Below, piece by piece: positions 53,040 through 63,261 of a DNA stretch of 64,000 nucleotides. The notes below the pieces were generated by a model, which saw only the letters and a list, made by a program, of their open reading frames with translations, did no database searches and was not told the DNA's origin. The position numbers and the translations under genes were made by a program. The first letter of the stretch is position 1. The number at the start of each line of letters is the position of its first letter. The stretch comes from Convolutriloba macropyga (Eukaryota): the NCBI RefSeq assembly GCF_964194025.1, contig NC_134482.1, positions 5,642,001-5,706,000 on the forward strand, in the 5' to 3' direction.

Positions 53040-54266
53040 CTCTTAAGTGGTAATGAAGAAGAAGTTTTGGATGGTAATGAAGAAGAACTTTTGGTTCTGC
53101 AACTGGAATTTATAGAAAGCCTTCGATAGCGTTCCACATGGCATCTTGCTACAGAAAATTGAAATGTCAGGCATTGGAGGTAACTTCTTGAAAATTATTG
53201 CCAACTACTTAAGTTAAAGAAAACAATATGTAAAGGTTATTGATTGTAACTCTGAAACAGTGCAAGTTACAAGTGGTGTTCCACAAGGATCACTACTAGG
53301 TCCACTTGCAGTCATAGTTCTGTTAATTTCATAATTTCCTCTACAAATAACTTATTATGACGCCTTTGGTTATGCAGATGATTTCAAGCTCGTTGCAACG
53401 AATAGTGAAAACATGCAATACGAGATAAAACAAATAGAAGACTGGTGTTTAAACAATAAAATGACATTAAACGAAAATAAGTGTTATATCTTGCCAATCA
53501 AAAGTTAAGACAAACCCAAGTTAAGTTTAAACAACAATACTTTACTTTACCAGAGCGATTTAAAACATCCAGGCATTACAATGACGCCAAAGTTGAACTG
53601 GAAAACTAATGTCGAAAAAAGGTGCTCAAAGGCATTGAAAGCGTTCTACTTCTAAAAAAGAAACACTTCAACGTCCACGAAACTAACCTCAAAACTCAAT
53701 GCGTACGCAGGATATGTCATACCAATGGTTACATATGCAACTGAAGCCTGGGTCGCTAACAAAACGGAGACGAGAGATTGAGCGCGTTCAAAAGAAAGCT
53801 ACCAGTTGGATCCTAAACAACTGGGAAAGCTCAATTTACTTCCTCTCTCCTTATATATAGAACTTCACAAACTACTCTTAATTGCTTTTCTCTCAGGAAA
53901 TTTCAATGTTCCGATCACTAGAAACTGTGAAGATCAACCAAATACCAGACAATTTGAGCTAATAAACATAAATTGAACAAGAACGAGAAAGGCAGCCGAA
54001 AATTTCTGGAGGCGTTCTTGTCAACTCTTAAATATATGTAAAATCAAAAATCTAGCTATTGAAAGCTTAAACAAAAAACGATTAACCGAATTATTCTGGA
54101 ATTATTTCTCTAGACATTACTCTGAAGCCAATTCTTGTACGTAGACCTTTTTGCGCAACTGCAACAATTAACTGCAATCCAGTACAGAAGGTCAAATTAG
54201 CCAACCAATAAAGGGATGTCAACCCTAGTGCAACGACACTGAAGCCTAAACTACTACTACTACTAA
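53040..54266 (+). mobile_element. 5'-truncated CR1-like LINE (RT C-terminal half) with (ACT)n tail
   Basis: KAFDSVPHGILLQKI...RKQYVKV...VTSGVPQGSLLGPL...YADDFKL; tail ctactactactacta at 54251-54265. Confidence 0.88.
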
Positions 54267-54548
54267 TCAAAATATAACATCTCGGATCTTTTCCGTTGGT
54301 GCCCCCGCGAGTACGTTATGCTCCCCCCAATTTCAGAGCACGTGCCATTACATAGTAAATCACTATGTAAAAATATGACACGTGCGTCTGGGGGCGCAAA
54401 TAATATGCATCCACTAAGCGGGGGGGGGGGGAGTGGCGCAAACGGAAAGGATCCAACACTTGCGGCTATTTTCTGGCAATCTACCAGCTATGTTATGTAA
54501 TGGCAGAAGAGATCTTAAATTCAAATCAACTGATCTTCAGAAAAAAAA

Positions 54549-54774
54549 ATGTGGGGAAATAACTTTCCCAATTTCCACAGCGACCCATTTTTCCAACCAT
54601 TTGGTCCCGGTTTCAACCAACACCCATTCGGAATGTTGGGACAGCCAGGGATGCAGAACCAAAGTGGAGTTCAACAAAGGCATGCCCAGAATACTAGTCA
54701 AGCTATGGCCAGACCTGACATGTTCATGGATCCCTTTGCTCAGATGAACAGGATGATGCAAGAAATGTCAAGAG
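54549..54774 (+). CDS. Probable coding exon of a host gene, myeloid-leukemia-factor (MLF)-like N-terminus, copy 1
   Basis: MWGNNFPNFHSDPFFQPFG...MFMDPFAQMNRMMQEMSR; composition unlike the surrounding TE decay; AG|GTATGA donor at 54775 and CTTCAG acceptor-like site at 54540. MLF identity is by resemblance only. Confidence 0.55.
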
Positions 54775-54867
54775 GTATGACCTCATTCGGGTATTATTTA
54801 TCGCATTTTGCGAAATGTCCGCAAGTTTTGGGTTATGCGAGCCATTGGTAGAATCTTATATAAACCT

Positions 54868-57360
54868 TTTTATCTCCAGCAGCGTTGCACAAATGGCTTC
54901 TATTACTTAAGCGCAAACACAACAGAAAAAAATGGCGGAGGATTAGTGGTGTTCTATGGAACTTTATTGAACTTTGTTGAAACGCGGAAGTGGCTTTTCT
55001 TGAATTTGCTCTGTCAGTGTTTTTTTTTGGTTCGTATATACCGTCGACCAAATACTTATGTACGTGTCTTTTTAAGTGATATAACATCGTTTATTGAGGA
55101 GAAAGCGCTGTTGTTCAAAAAATTACTTATTGTAGGCGATATCGAAATTTCAATGCTGCTATCAAATGATGCGTCAAGAAATACGATTTCGTTTTTGGAT
55201 GAATTTGGTTTGCAACAGGAACTAAGGTGCCTACTCACAAAAGTGGTGGAATTTTAGACCAGGTTATTACATCCGATGAGGTTTAAGTATCAGAACCTCT
55301 GGTAAGTTTCGTCACAAGCACTCATCATGGATTTGTGCACTTTGACCTTCTGCAAAAAGCACGAGAATTTAGCTGTAAAGAAAGCTTCGTGCGAAATTTT
55401 GACGTGGTATCGTTTGCAGAAAATATTGTTGCTCCGATCAACAGAGATAATCCTGAAAACGTTTCGAACGGTGTTTCAATGAACGAAATCAGCTATGTCG
55501 ATAAAAACAATCCTCTGAAATTAAATATGTATCAAAAATCATAGGTGCCCTTTCTTTTACGGTGAGCTAAGAACAAAATTCTCATATCAAGCCGGTTTTT
55601 TAGTTCAGTTTTGGAGTAGTTTGAGCTGTTTACCAAAAAGAAAAATGAATACCTTGACAAATGTGTCGGTAGTGAAAATAAGCGTGTTAGGTTTTCTATG
55701 CTGCAGCAACTCTTGGGAAAAAATAATGTTGTCCTGCCGCAGTCACTAGGGGCGCCTGAATGTCTAGCAAAGAACTTTAATGCTTTCTTTCTTAAGAAAA
55801 TAGAAGCCGTATTAGTTTCAATACCTCTAACGAATGGTCTAGAATTGAATGATTCTAGCACTGAGCGATTTGCAATTGCTTCTATCAAAAATTTTGAACA
55901 GTACGGCACCAAGTGATGTAATACCAACAAGGCAATGTAAAATTGTTTTCACAAATTCTCCGGTCAACTTCATTGCGTTAATTAATTTAATTCTTCAGAC
56001 CGGATGAGTTCAAACAAGGAGTTGTGAGGCCGCTCATAGGGAAGTCTAACCTTGATTTTGAGTTGTTGTCGAGTTTTTGCCCTGTGGCAAATCTACAATT
56101 CCTGTCAAAAATATTAAAAGAGTGGTTTTTGAACCAATTAATTTCTACCTGGAATCCAATATTCTCTTGAGCAAGTATCAGAGTGCTTTTCGTTGCTCGC
56201 ATTCAGCGGAAACGGCTTTGTTTAAAGTCTTTAATGATCTTTTTTGCTAGCTAGACGAGTCGCGATCCGTGATGTACATTGGGTTAGACTTGTCGTTAGC
56301 GTTTTGTATTATTGATTGTCAATTTTTGCTTCAAATTTTAGTTAAGAGGATTGGTTTGCAATCGGTGGTGTTACTGTTTATTACGAATTATCTTTTGAAT
56401 CGTTCGCAGCAAAATATCAAAAAAAGATGTTTTTCTGGTGATGTTTTAATTAGGACGGGTGTGTTGCGTAAGGACCGGTTCCTGGTCCTTTACATTTTTC
56501 CTATTACATGCTGCCTTTAGAAGATCAGCTGAAAGAATTGGGAATAAAGAACCATTTCTACGCCGATGATACCGTTATTTTTCGTATTCGGTTTGAACCT
56601 CATTCAAGGCATGTTTGATGATATTTTGACCTCAATTCAACGTTGGTCCAGCAATGCAAAATTGAAGTTTAATGCGGATAAGAGTGAGTATGTGATTATT
56701 CGGAAATGTAAAATTGTTAAACATGGTCTGTTACGTCTGCCGTGAGATGCTGACTACACTGAACAGGTAAAAGCTCTAGATTGTTATATTGGTTGTCAAC
56801 TTACTCTGAAACGACGGGTCAATTTTGTTTGTTCGAATTCATTTTATGATCTCCGTAGAGTGTGGTTAATTAGTAATCTAGTTAAAACATCAGTCCTAAT
56901 TGAGTCTATTAGAATTTTAGTATTGTCACGTGTTGACTACTGTAATTCTCTTTATTATGGTCTGCCACACTTTTTGTCAGCAAAACTTCAGGGACTAATG
57001 AACACTGCCACGCGTTTTATTTTTCGATTGTCGCCGTCAACACCAACTTCGTCGTACCTGAAGCAGCTTCAATGGTTGCCAATTAGGCAATGCATTGTGT
57101 TCAATATCCTTTTGTATGCGCATCGCTTCATACATCAGCCCTAACTCCCACCATATTTTTCGGAACTATTGAAATGAAAAACGATGGTTACAAGGTCTCA
57201 ATTTTTTACAGTTAATATGTTCCCATATTTCGCTCTTATTTTGGAAGGAATTAGTTCTCGCTTGCTGTCGCTTTCGAGTGGAATAAACTCGCCTTTGATT
57301 TGAAACTTTTACCATCTGAAATTTCATTTAGGCGAAAACTCAAAACTTATCTGTTTTAAT
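54868..57360 (+). mobile_element. Duplicated L2-type ORF2 remnant
   Basis: Copy of 50217-52710. Confidence 0.85.
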
Positions 57361-57689
57361 TTACCTGTCGAGATTTTAAATGGTGCTTAAACCAAAAATA
57401 ATAATTACAATAATACTTGAATTTTGTCGACTTGTCCTGCTATATTCCGCTGTCAAGATTTTTTCACAACCATATGACGTTAAAAAGCACTTTTTGTTCA
57501 TTCGGACTTGCAATTTTGACAAAACTTGACTTAGCCTCAATCTCCATAATGACTTCCTCACACTCGAATTGATTTTCTGTATTCTTTCAAAGAGATGACG
57601 TCAATTGAGTGTCACTCTAATTGAGAGTTATTTAAGAGCTGCTAGTAGAAGCAGCAAAAAGCTAAACGGATTCTTAATCGGTTATGAAG

Positions 57690-58917
57690 ACTCTTAAGTG
57701 GTAATGAAGAAGAAGTTTTGGATGGTAATGAAGAAGAACTTTTGGTTCTGCAACTGGAATTTAAAGAAAGCCTTCGATAGCGTTCCACATGGCATCTTGC
57801 TACAGAAAATTGAAATGTCAGGCATTGGAGGTAACTTCTTGAAAATTATTGCCAACTACTTAAGTTAAAGAAAACAATATGTAAAGGTTATTGATTGTAA
57901 CTCTGAAACAGTGCAAGTTACAAGTGGTGTTCCACAAGGATCACTACTAGGTCCACTTCCAGTCATAGTTCTGTTAATTTCATAATTTCCTCTACAAATA
58001 ACTTATTATGACGCCTTTGGTTATGCAGATGATTTTAAGCTCGTTGCAACGAATAGTGAAAACATGCAATACGAGATAAAACAAATAGAAGACTGGTGTT
58101 TAAACAATAAAATGACATTAAACGAAAATAAGTGTTATATCTTGCCAATCAAAAGTTAAGACAAACCCAAGTTAAGTTTAAACAACAATACTTTACTTTA
58201 CCAGAGCGATTTAAAACATCCAGGCATTACAATGACGCCAAAGTTGAACTGGAAAACTAATGTCGAAAAAAGGTGCTCAAAGGCATTGAAAGCGTTCTAC
58301 TTCTAAAAAAGAAACACTTCAACGTCCACGAAACTAACCTCAAAACTCAATGCGTACGCAGGATATGTCATACCAATTGTTACATATGCAACTGAAGCCT
58401 GGGTCGCTAACAAAACGGAGACGAGAGATTGAGCGCGTTCAAAAGAAAGCTACCAGTTGGATCCTAAACAACTGGGAAAGCTCAATTTACTTCCTCTCTC
58501 CTTATATATAGAACTTCACAAACTACTCTTAATTGCTTTTCTCTCAGGAAATTTCAATGTTCCGATCACTAGAAACTGTGAAGATCAACCAAATACCAGA
58601 CAATTTGAGCTAATAAACATAAATTGAACAAGAACGAGAAAGGCAGCCGAAAATTTCTGGAGGCGTTCTTGTCAACTCTTAAATATATGTAAAATCAAAA
58701 ATCTAGCTATTGAAAGCTTAAACAAAAAACGATTAACCGAATTATTCTGGAATTATTTCTCTAGACATTACTCTGAAGCCAATTCTTGTACGTAGACCTT
58801 TTTGCGCAACTGCAACAATTAACTGCAATCCAGTACAGAAGGTCAAATTAGCCAACCAATAAAGGGATGTCAACCCTAGTGCAACGACACTGAAGCCTAA
58901 ACTACTACTACTACTAA
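57690..58917 (+). mobile_element. Duplicated CR1-like 3' fragment
   Basis: Copy of 53040-54266. Confidence 0.88.
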
Positions 58918-59203
58918 TCAAAATATAACATCTCGGATCTTTTCCGTTGGTGCCCCCGCGAGTACGTTATGCTCCCCCCAATTTCAGAGCACGTGCCATT
59001 ACATAGTAAATCACTATGTAAAAATATGACACGTGCGTCTGGGGGCGCAAATAATATGCATCCACTAAGCGGGGGGGGGGGGGGGGAGTGGCGCAAACGG
59101 AAAGGATCCAACACTTGCGGCTATTTTCTGGCAATCTACCAGCTATGTTATGTAATGGCAGAAGAGATCTTAAATTCAAATCAACTGATCTTCAGAAAAA
59201 AAA

Positions 59204-59429
59204 ATGTGGGGAAATAACTTTCCCAATTTCCACAGCGACCCATTTTTCCAACCATTTGGTCCCGGTTTCAACCAACACCCATTCGGAATGTTGGGACAGC
59301 CAGGGATGCAGAACCAAAGTGGAGTTCAACAAAGGCATGCCCAGAATACTAGTCAAGCTATGGCCAGACCTGACATGTTCATGGATCCCTTTGCTCAGAT
59401 GAACAGGATGATGCAAGAAATGTCAAGAG
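59204..59429 (+). CDS. Probable host coding exon (MLF-like), copy 2
   Basis: Same peptide as 54549-54774; GTATGA donor at 59430. Confidence 0.55.
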
Positions 59430-60578
59430 GTATGACCTCATTCGGGTATTATTTATCGCATTTTGCGAAATGTCCGCAAGTTTTGGGTTATGCGAGCCAT
59501 TGGTAGAATCTTATATAAACCTTTTGCTGGGGCTTGATGAACTGGGGTGCTCTCAATTCCTGAGCCCAGCGTAATAAGGCTGATAATTAAGGCCCACTAG
59601 TTAGAGAGCAATTCTTCCGGTTATGTTTGAGCTTCACACTTTTTTGACTTTTTCACGTCAGTGCCTCTAAAGTGGAGTGAGAAGTTGGCATTAGAACAAA
59701 TTTTTGTTTTGTGAAAGCGTATTTGTCACAAAATATTATGGAAATTTTAATTTTTGCCCCTTTCTTATTTTTGTTGCCTTAACACCAGTATTATTAATGA
59801 CAGTATCATTGATTGCTAATGAGGCATAATTGAAACTCGTTAAGTGATTGATTGTATGGCTATTGGTTATCGTGACTTTGACAATATTTGTTATCAAAAT
59901 ATTAAATGCTTTTTTGGAATTTGAAAGTATTTTTTTTGTACTTTTTGTTCTCTTTTCATTCAATATCATTAGGGACAGGCCTAGCGTTTTGCTAATATGA
60001 CCTCTTTTAATCGATTGAATTGTTTCAGTTGGAATTTGTTTTTTCTGACTTTGATTTTCATTGTTTTCAAGAAATATTGTCAACAAATTTTTGAGGTTTT
60101 ACGAGTTTTTTTTGCTCAATTTGTTGTCTTATCTCTTAGCATCTTTTAATGAAACGTCTCTCCGGTTGCTATTAATGACTAAATGATTAGCATTCGTTTC
60201 AGTTTCTGGCTGTTAAGGTTTTTGACTAATAAGTTTTTCGTTTTCAATAAAATTTACTGAATTTGGGTTCTGTTAGTATTAGTTGTATTTTTAGCAGCCG
60301 CAAAGCATTAGCTGGGGCTAGTATTGGCAGTAGTATAAGTAAATGACTAGTAGCACACCACGGGGGGGGGGGGGGGGTCACGCACGGTAAAAAAACGACC
60401 CCCTCTAAATCTTTACATTTGACCACTAAATTTCTTCAGAAAAGCCCTTGGGCGCGATGGGACAATATATGAAGACAAAATCAGAACATGAGTTTGGAAA
60501 AATTGTCTAACAAGATCATTTTTTCAAATTACAGTCACAGAAAACAGACGTTAAGTAAAAATCGATAAAACTGTTTCA

Positions 60579-60857
60579 ATGAGTACCCGAGTTACGAGAG
60601 ACGAAATTGATGGGGGTATTACAAACTTGGTTTTTGATGATGGAAACCGAGAGAGACCTCCATGGCGTTGCTGTTCCAATACCGTAGTCCCTCGATCAGA
60701 GATTATATTTTTCGTTCAAGTGATTATTATCGTGCTCATGATTAGTCTCTGTTTTGCCATGCTATTCTTGATATCGGAGAGTTGCGAAGAGAAATCAATT
60801 TGGATTGCACTGCTTTCGAGTCTAGTTGGTTATATCTTACCAAATCCTAAATTATGA
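60579..60857 (+). CDS. Polinton small protein with two hydrophobic segments
   Basis: IIFFVQVIIIVLMISLCFAMLFLI and IWIALLSSLVGYILPNP; ATGA overlap with the ATPase. Confidence 0.75.
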   Translation: MSTRVTRDEIDGGITNLVFDDGNRERPPWRCCSNTVVPRSEIIFFVQVIIIVLMISLCFAMLFLISESCEEKSIWIALLSSLVGYILPNPKL

Positions 60858-61543
60858 ATAAAGTCATTCTCACAAACGATAGGATCTTCATGGCGGTTGT
60901 AGGCCCAAGTGGTTCTGGGAAAACTGACCTCATATTCAGCATGCTGCAAGGTCGGTCCTTCTACCCAGCATTTCCCAAAATTTATTACTTCTACAAAGAG
61001 TTCCAGGACATATTTACAGCTATGCAACAAAAAATACCGCACATTGAGTTCATCAAGTATTCCGGATTGGATATAACGAAAAAGCTTTCGGACTGTCTGC
61101 TCGTTTATGATGACTCATGCGAGGAAATTTTTAACGACAAAGAGTTTGTGAAAATAGCAACGTCAGGAAGACACAGAAAACTTCATGTGATCTACATCAA
61201 ACACAACTTATTCCAACAGAGTAAATGGTCGCGGACAATTGATCTAAACACAACTCATATAGTTTTATTCAAATCATTGCGTGACATTCAGCAAATAGAA
61301 TACCTCGGAAAACAGTTAAACTGTCTCCAATTACTCAAGGACGCATACAAATTAGCAACAGCTCAACCCTATGGACATTTAATCATTGACCTGGATCCTA
61401 AAACAAGTCAAGGCTTACGATTTTCTTCTCAACTCATTGGTCCCGAACCATCAATATTCTATATTCCTTCGGAGGAAGCTGTTATTACACCAATTACGAA
61501 TGAAAAAGAGACATTTGCTTATGCTGAAGCGCTGGTGCGTTAA
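60854..61543 (+). CDS. A32/FtsK-like DNA packaging ATPase
   Basis: Walker A GPSGSGKT, Walker B LLVYDD, SGRHRKLHVIYIKHNLF, PYGHLIIDL. Confidence 0.95.
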   Translation: MNKVILTNDRIFMAVVGPSGSGKTDLIFSMLQGRSFYPAFPKIYYFYKEFQDIFTAMQQKIPHIEFIKYSGLDITKKLSDCLLVYDDSCEEIFNDKEFVKIATSGRHRKLHVIYIKHNLFQQSKWSRTIDLNTTHIVLFKSLRDIQQIEYLGKQLNCLQLLKDAYKLATAQPYGHLIIDLDPKTSQGLRFSSQLIGPEPSIFYIPSEEAVITPITNEKETFAYAEALVR

Positions 61544-61817
61544 CAGCAACCCCAAATCGAAAAGCAAGAGAATTTTTTTAGCCCAAGATATTGAATTCAT
61601 TTGGTTCCTAAGCGATTGTGTAATGAACGTGCTCTCTGGTGTTGTCCCAATCAACAAGAAAGAACTACAACAATTCGAACCTCAACTACGACAACTTTCT
61701 GAAAAGTATTTCAGTGCGCTGGAAAGAAGTAAATTATTCCAGACAACGAGAGGGCATTCTCTGATTCAACTAATTGCCAGACCTTGTCTAGAGTATCTAC
61801 AGAAAAATGCCAACTGA
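61521..61817 (+). CDS. Polinton small uncharacterised protein (~98 aa)
   Basis: ATG at 61521 in frame with ORF 61386..61817; FLSDCVMNVLSGVVPI..LRQL; fills the gap between neighbouring genes. Confidence 0.65.
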   Translation: MLKRWCVNSNPKSKSKRIFLAQDIEFIWFLSDCVMNVLSGVVPINKKELQQFEPQLRQLSEKYFSALERSKLFQTTRGHSLIQLIARPCLEYLQKNAN

Positions 61818-63261
61818 GGAATTTGTGCTCATTCCTCGCAACATGTTTACAACTGAACAACCTCAAGTTTCGCAAATATTAAACAATCCACTAACAAAAA
61901 ACAAGTCGAAACAACTATCGCTTCTACAGAGAACTTCAAAACAAGAGCCACCAGAAGCGGTAATACAGCAGAACACAGAGCAACAGACAGATGACGTCAT
62001 GGTTTCCGATGAAGAAGAAAAGCAACAAAGTATCCCAGACGACAATAAACGAACAGAGTTTGATGAAATCAGTCAGAGTGTGATCGATGATATAGATTTT
62101 CTCGAAAAAGACAAATCTGGAAAAGCAAAAAAAATTTTGAAGAAAATCAACGGATCACGCAACATTTCACTGGACGTTGAAGGTAAAATCTTAATTAATG
62201 GAAGGAACACCGACATTCCAGCATCAACTTTCCTCTACGTATTACAACAAACATCATCAAAACTGCTAGCTTTGATGAAGAAGGCTTCGCAGACGCTGAA
62301 GAAGAAATTAAAACGCCAACAAGCTGGAAAACTCCATTCAGCGGAAATCAAAAAACTAAATAAAGTTTACACGAAAGGAAAAGCAGCATTTGGAAGTGTT
62401 GCTAACATAAAAGAGGAAAGCGGCTTTTCCCACAAAAAAATTGAAAAATTCCTTCAATCGAAGAACTCATACACTAAATATCGTCAATTCCGGAAAAGTT
62501 TTCCACGATTGAAGGTAGTTGCTTACAGAATAAACGAAATCTGGTCCATGGATGTAGCCTATATGGAGAAAATAGCCAAGCACAACAATGGGGTCAAATA
62601 CCTATTGATTGCAGTTGACGTTTTATCACGCTATTTACGTGTTCAACCTCTCAGAACGATGTATTCGAAGGATTGCGTTGAAGCCTTCAAACAAATGATA
62701 AAGACCAAACAACCAGAGAAAGTGTGGACAGACAAAGGCACCGAATTCAAGGGCGCGTTCAAAACATTCTGTGAAAACAAAAAGATTCATTTGTATACAA
62801 CCGAAAACGAAACCAAATCTGCGTTTGCGGAAAGAAATATTCGGTCACTTAAAAACATTATATACAGATACTTGGAAGAAAAATGGACTTGGAACTATAT
62901 AAAGGAGCTTCCCAATTTCGTAAATATCATTAACAGTCGTGTTAACCGCGTTACAAAGTTAGCTCCAAATAAAGTATTCAAAAAACATGAACCATTTTTA
63001 ATTTCGATTGCTTTGGACAACAATAAATATAAACCACGATTTGAAGAGGGGGACCTGGTACGAATAGCGAAACCAGACGATACCTTCAGAAAAGGTTATA
63101 CTCAGAATTATACAGACGAAATTTTCACAGTACTAAGATTGGCTACAACAAGTCCACCTACCTACAATCTAGTTGACGCAAACAACGTTAAAATCCTTGG
63201 GAAGTTTTACGAACCGGAATTAGTACAAGTTGATGCGTTAAACACTGAAGAGGAGCAATGA
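61807..63261 (+). CDS. Retroviral-like (rve) DDE integrase with an N-terminal extension, possibly two fused genes
   Basis: WSMDVAYM, YLLIAVDVLSRY, VWTDKGTEF, AERNIRSLK, FRKGY, GKFYEPEL; no chromodomain. Confidence 0.93.
   Translation: MPTEEFVLIPRNMFTTEQPQVSQILNNPLTKNKSKQLSLLQRTSKQEPPEAVIQQNTEQQTDDVMVSDEEEKQQSIPDDNKRTEFDEISQSVIDDIDFLEKDKSGKAKKILKKINGSRNISLDVEGKILINGRNTDIPASTFLYVLQQTSSKLLALMKKASQTLKKKLKRQQAGKLHSAEIKKLNKVYTKGKAAFGSVANIKEESGFSHKKIEKFLQSKNSYTKYRQFRKSFPRLKVVAYRINEIWSMDVAYMEKIAKHNNGVKYLLIAVDVLSRYLRVQPLRTMYSKDCVEAFKQMIKTKQPEKVWTDKGTEFKGAFKTFCENKKIHLYTTENETKSAFAERNIRSLKNIIYRYLEEKWTWNYIKELPNFVNIINSRVNRVTKLAPNKVFKKHEPFLISIALDNNKYKPRFEEGDLVRIAKPDDTFRKGYTQNYTDEIFTVLRLATTSPPTYNLVDANNVKILGKFYEPELVQVDALNTEEEQ

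Larger units (their letters stand above)
50217..59525. repeat. Near-identical 4.65-kb tandem duplication (50217-54870 / 54868-59525)
   Basis: ORF-track peptides repeat at an offset of 4651-4655 nt; the junction shares a TTTT microhomology. Confidence 0.97.

Noticed and set aside
54775-54851. C-terminal 25 aa of the 100-aa ORF (and its copy at 59430-59506)
   Set aside because: Follows a good GTATGA donor and composition changes abruptly; likely intron read-through
59736-60086. 116-aa minus-strand ORF before the Polinton
   Set aside because: Low-complexity AT-rich; at best a decayed LINE ORF1 fragment and not supportable
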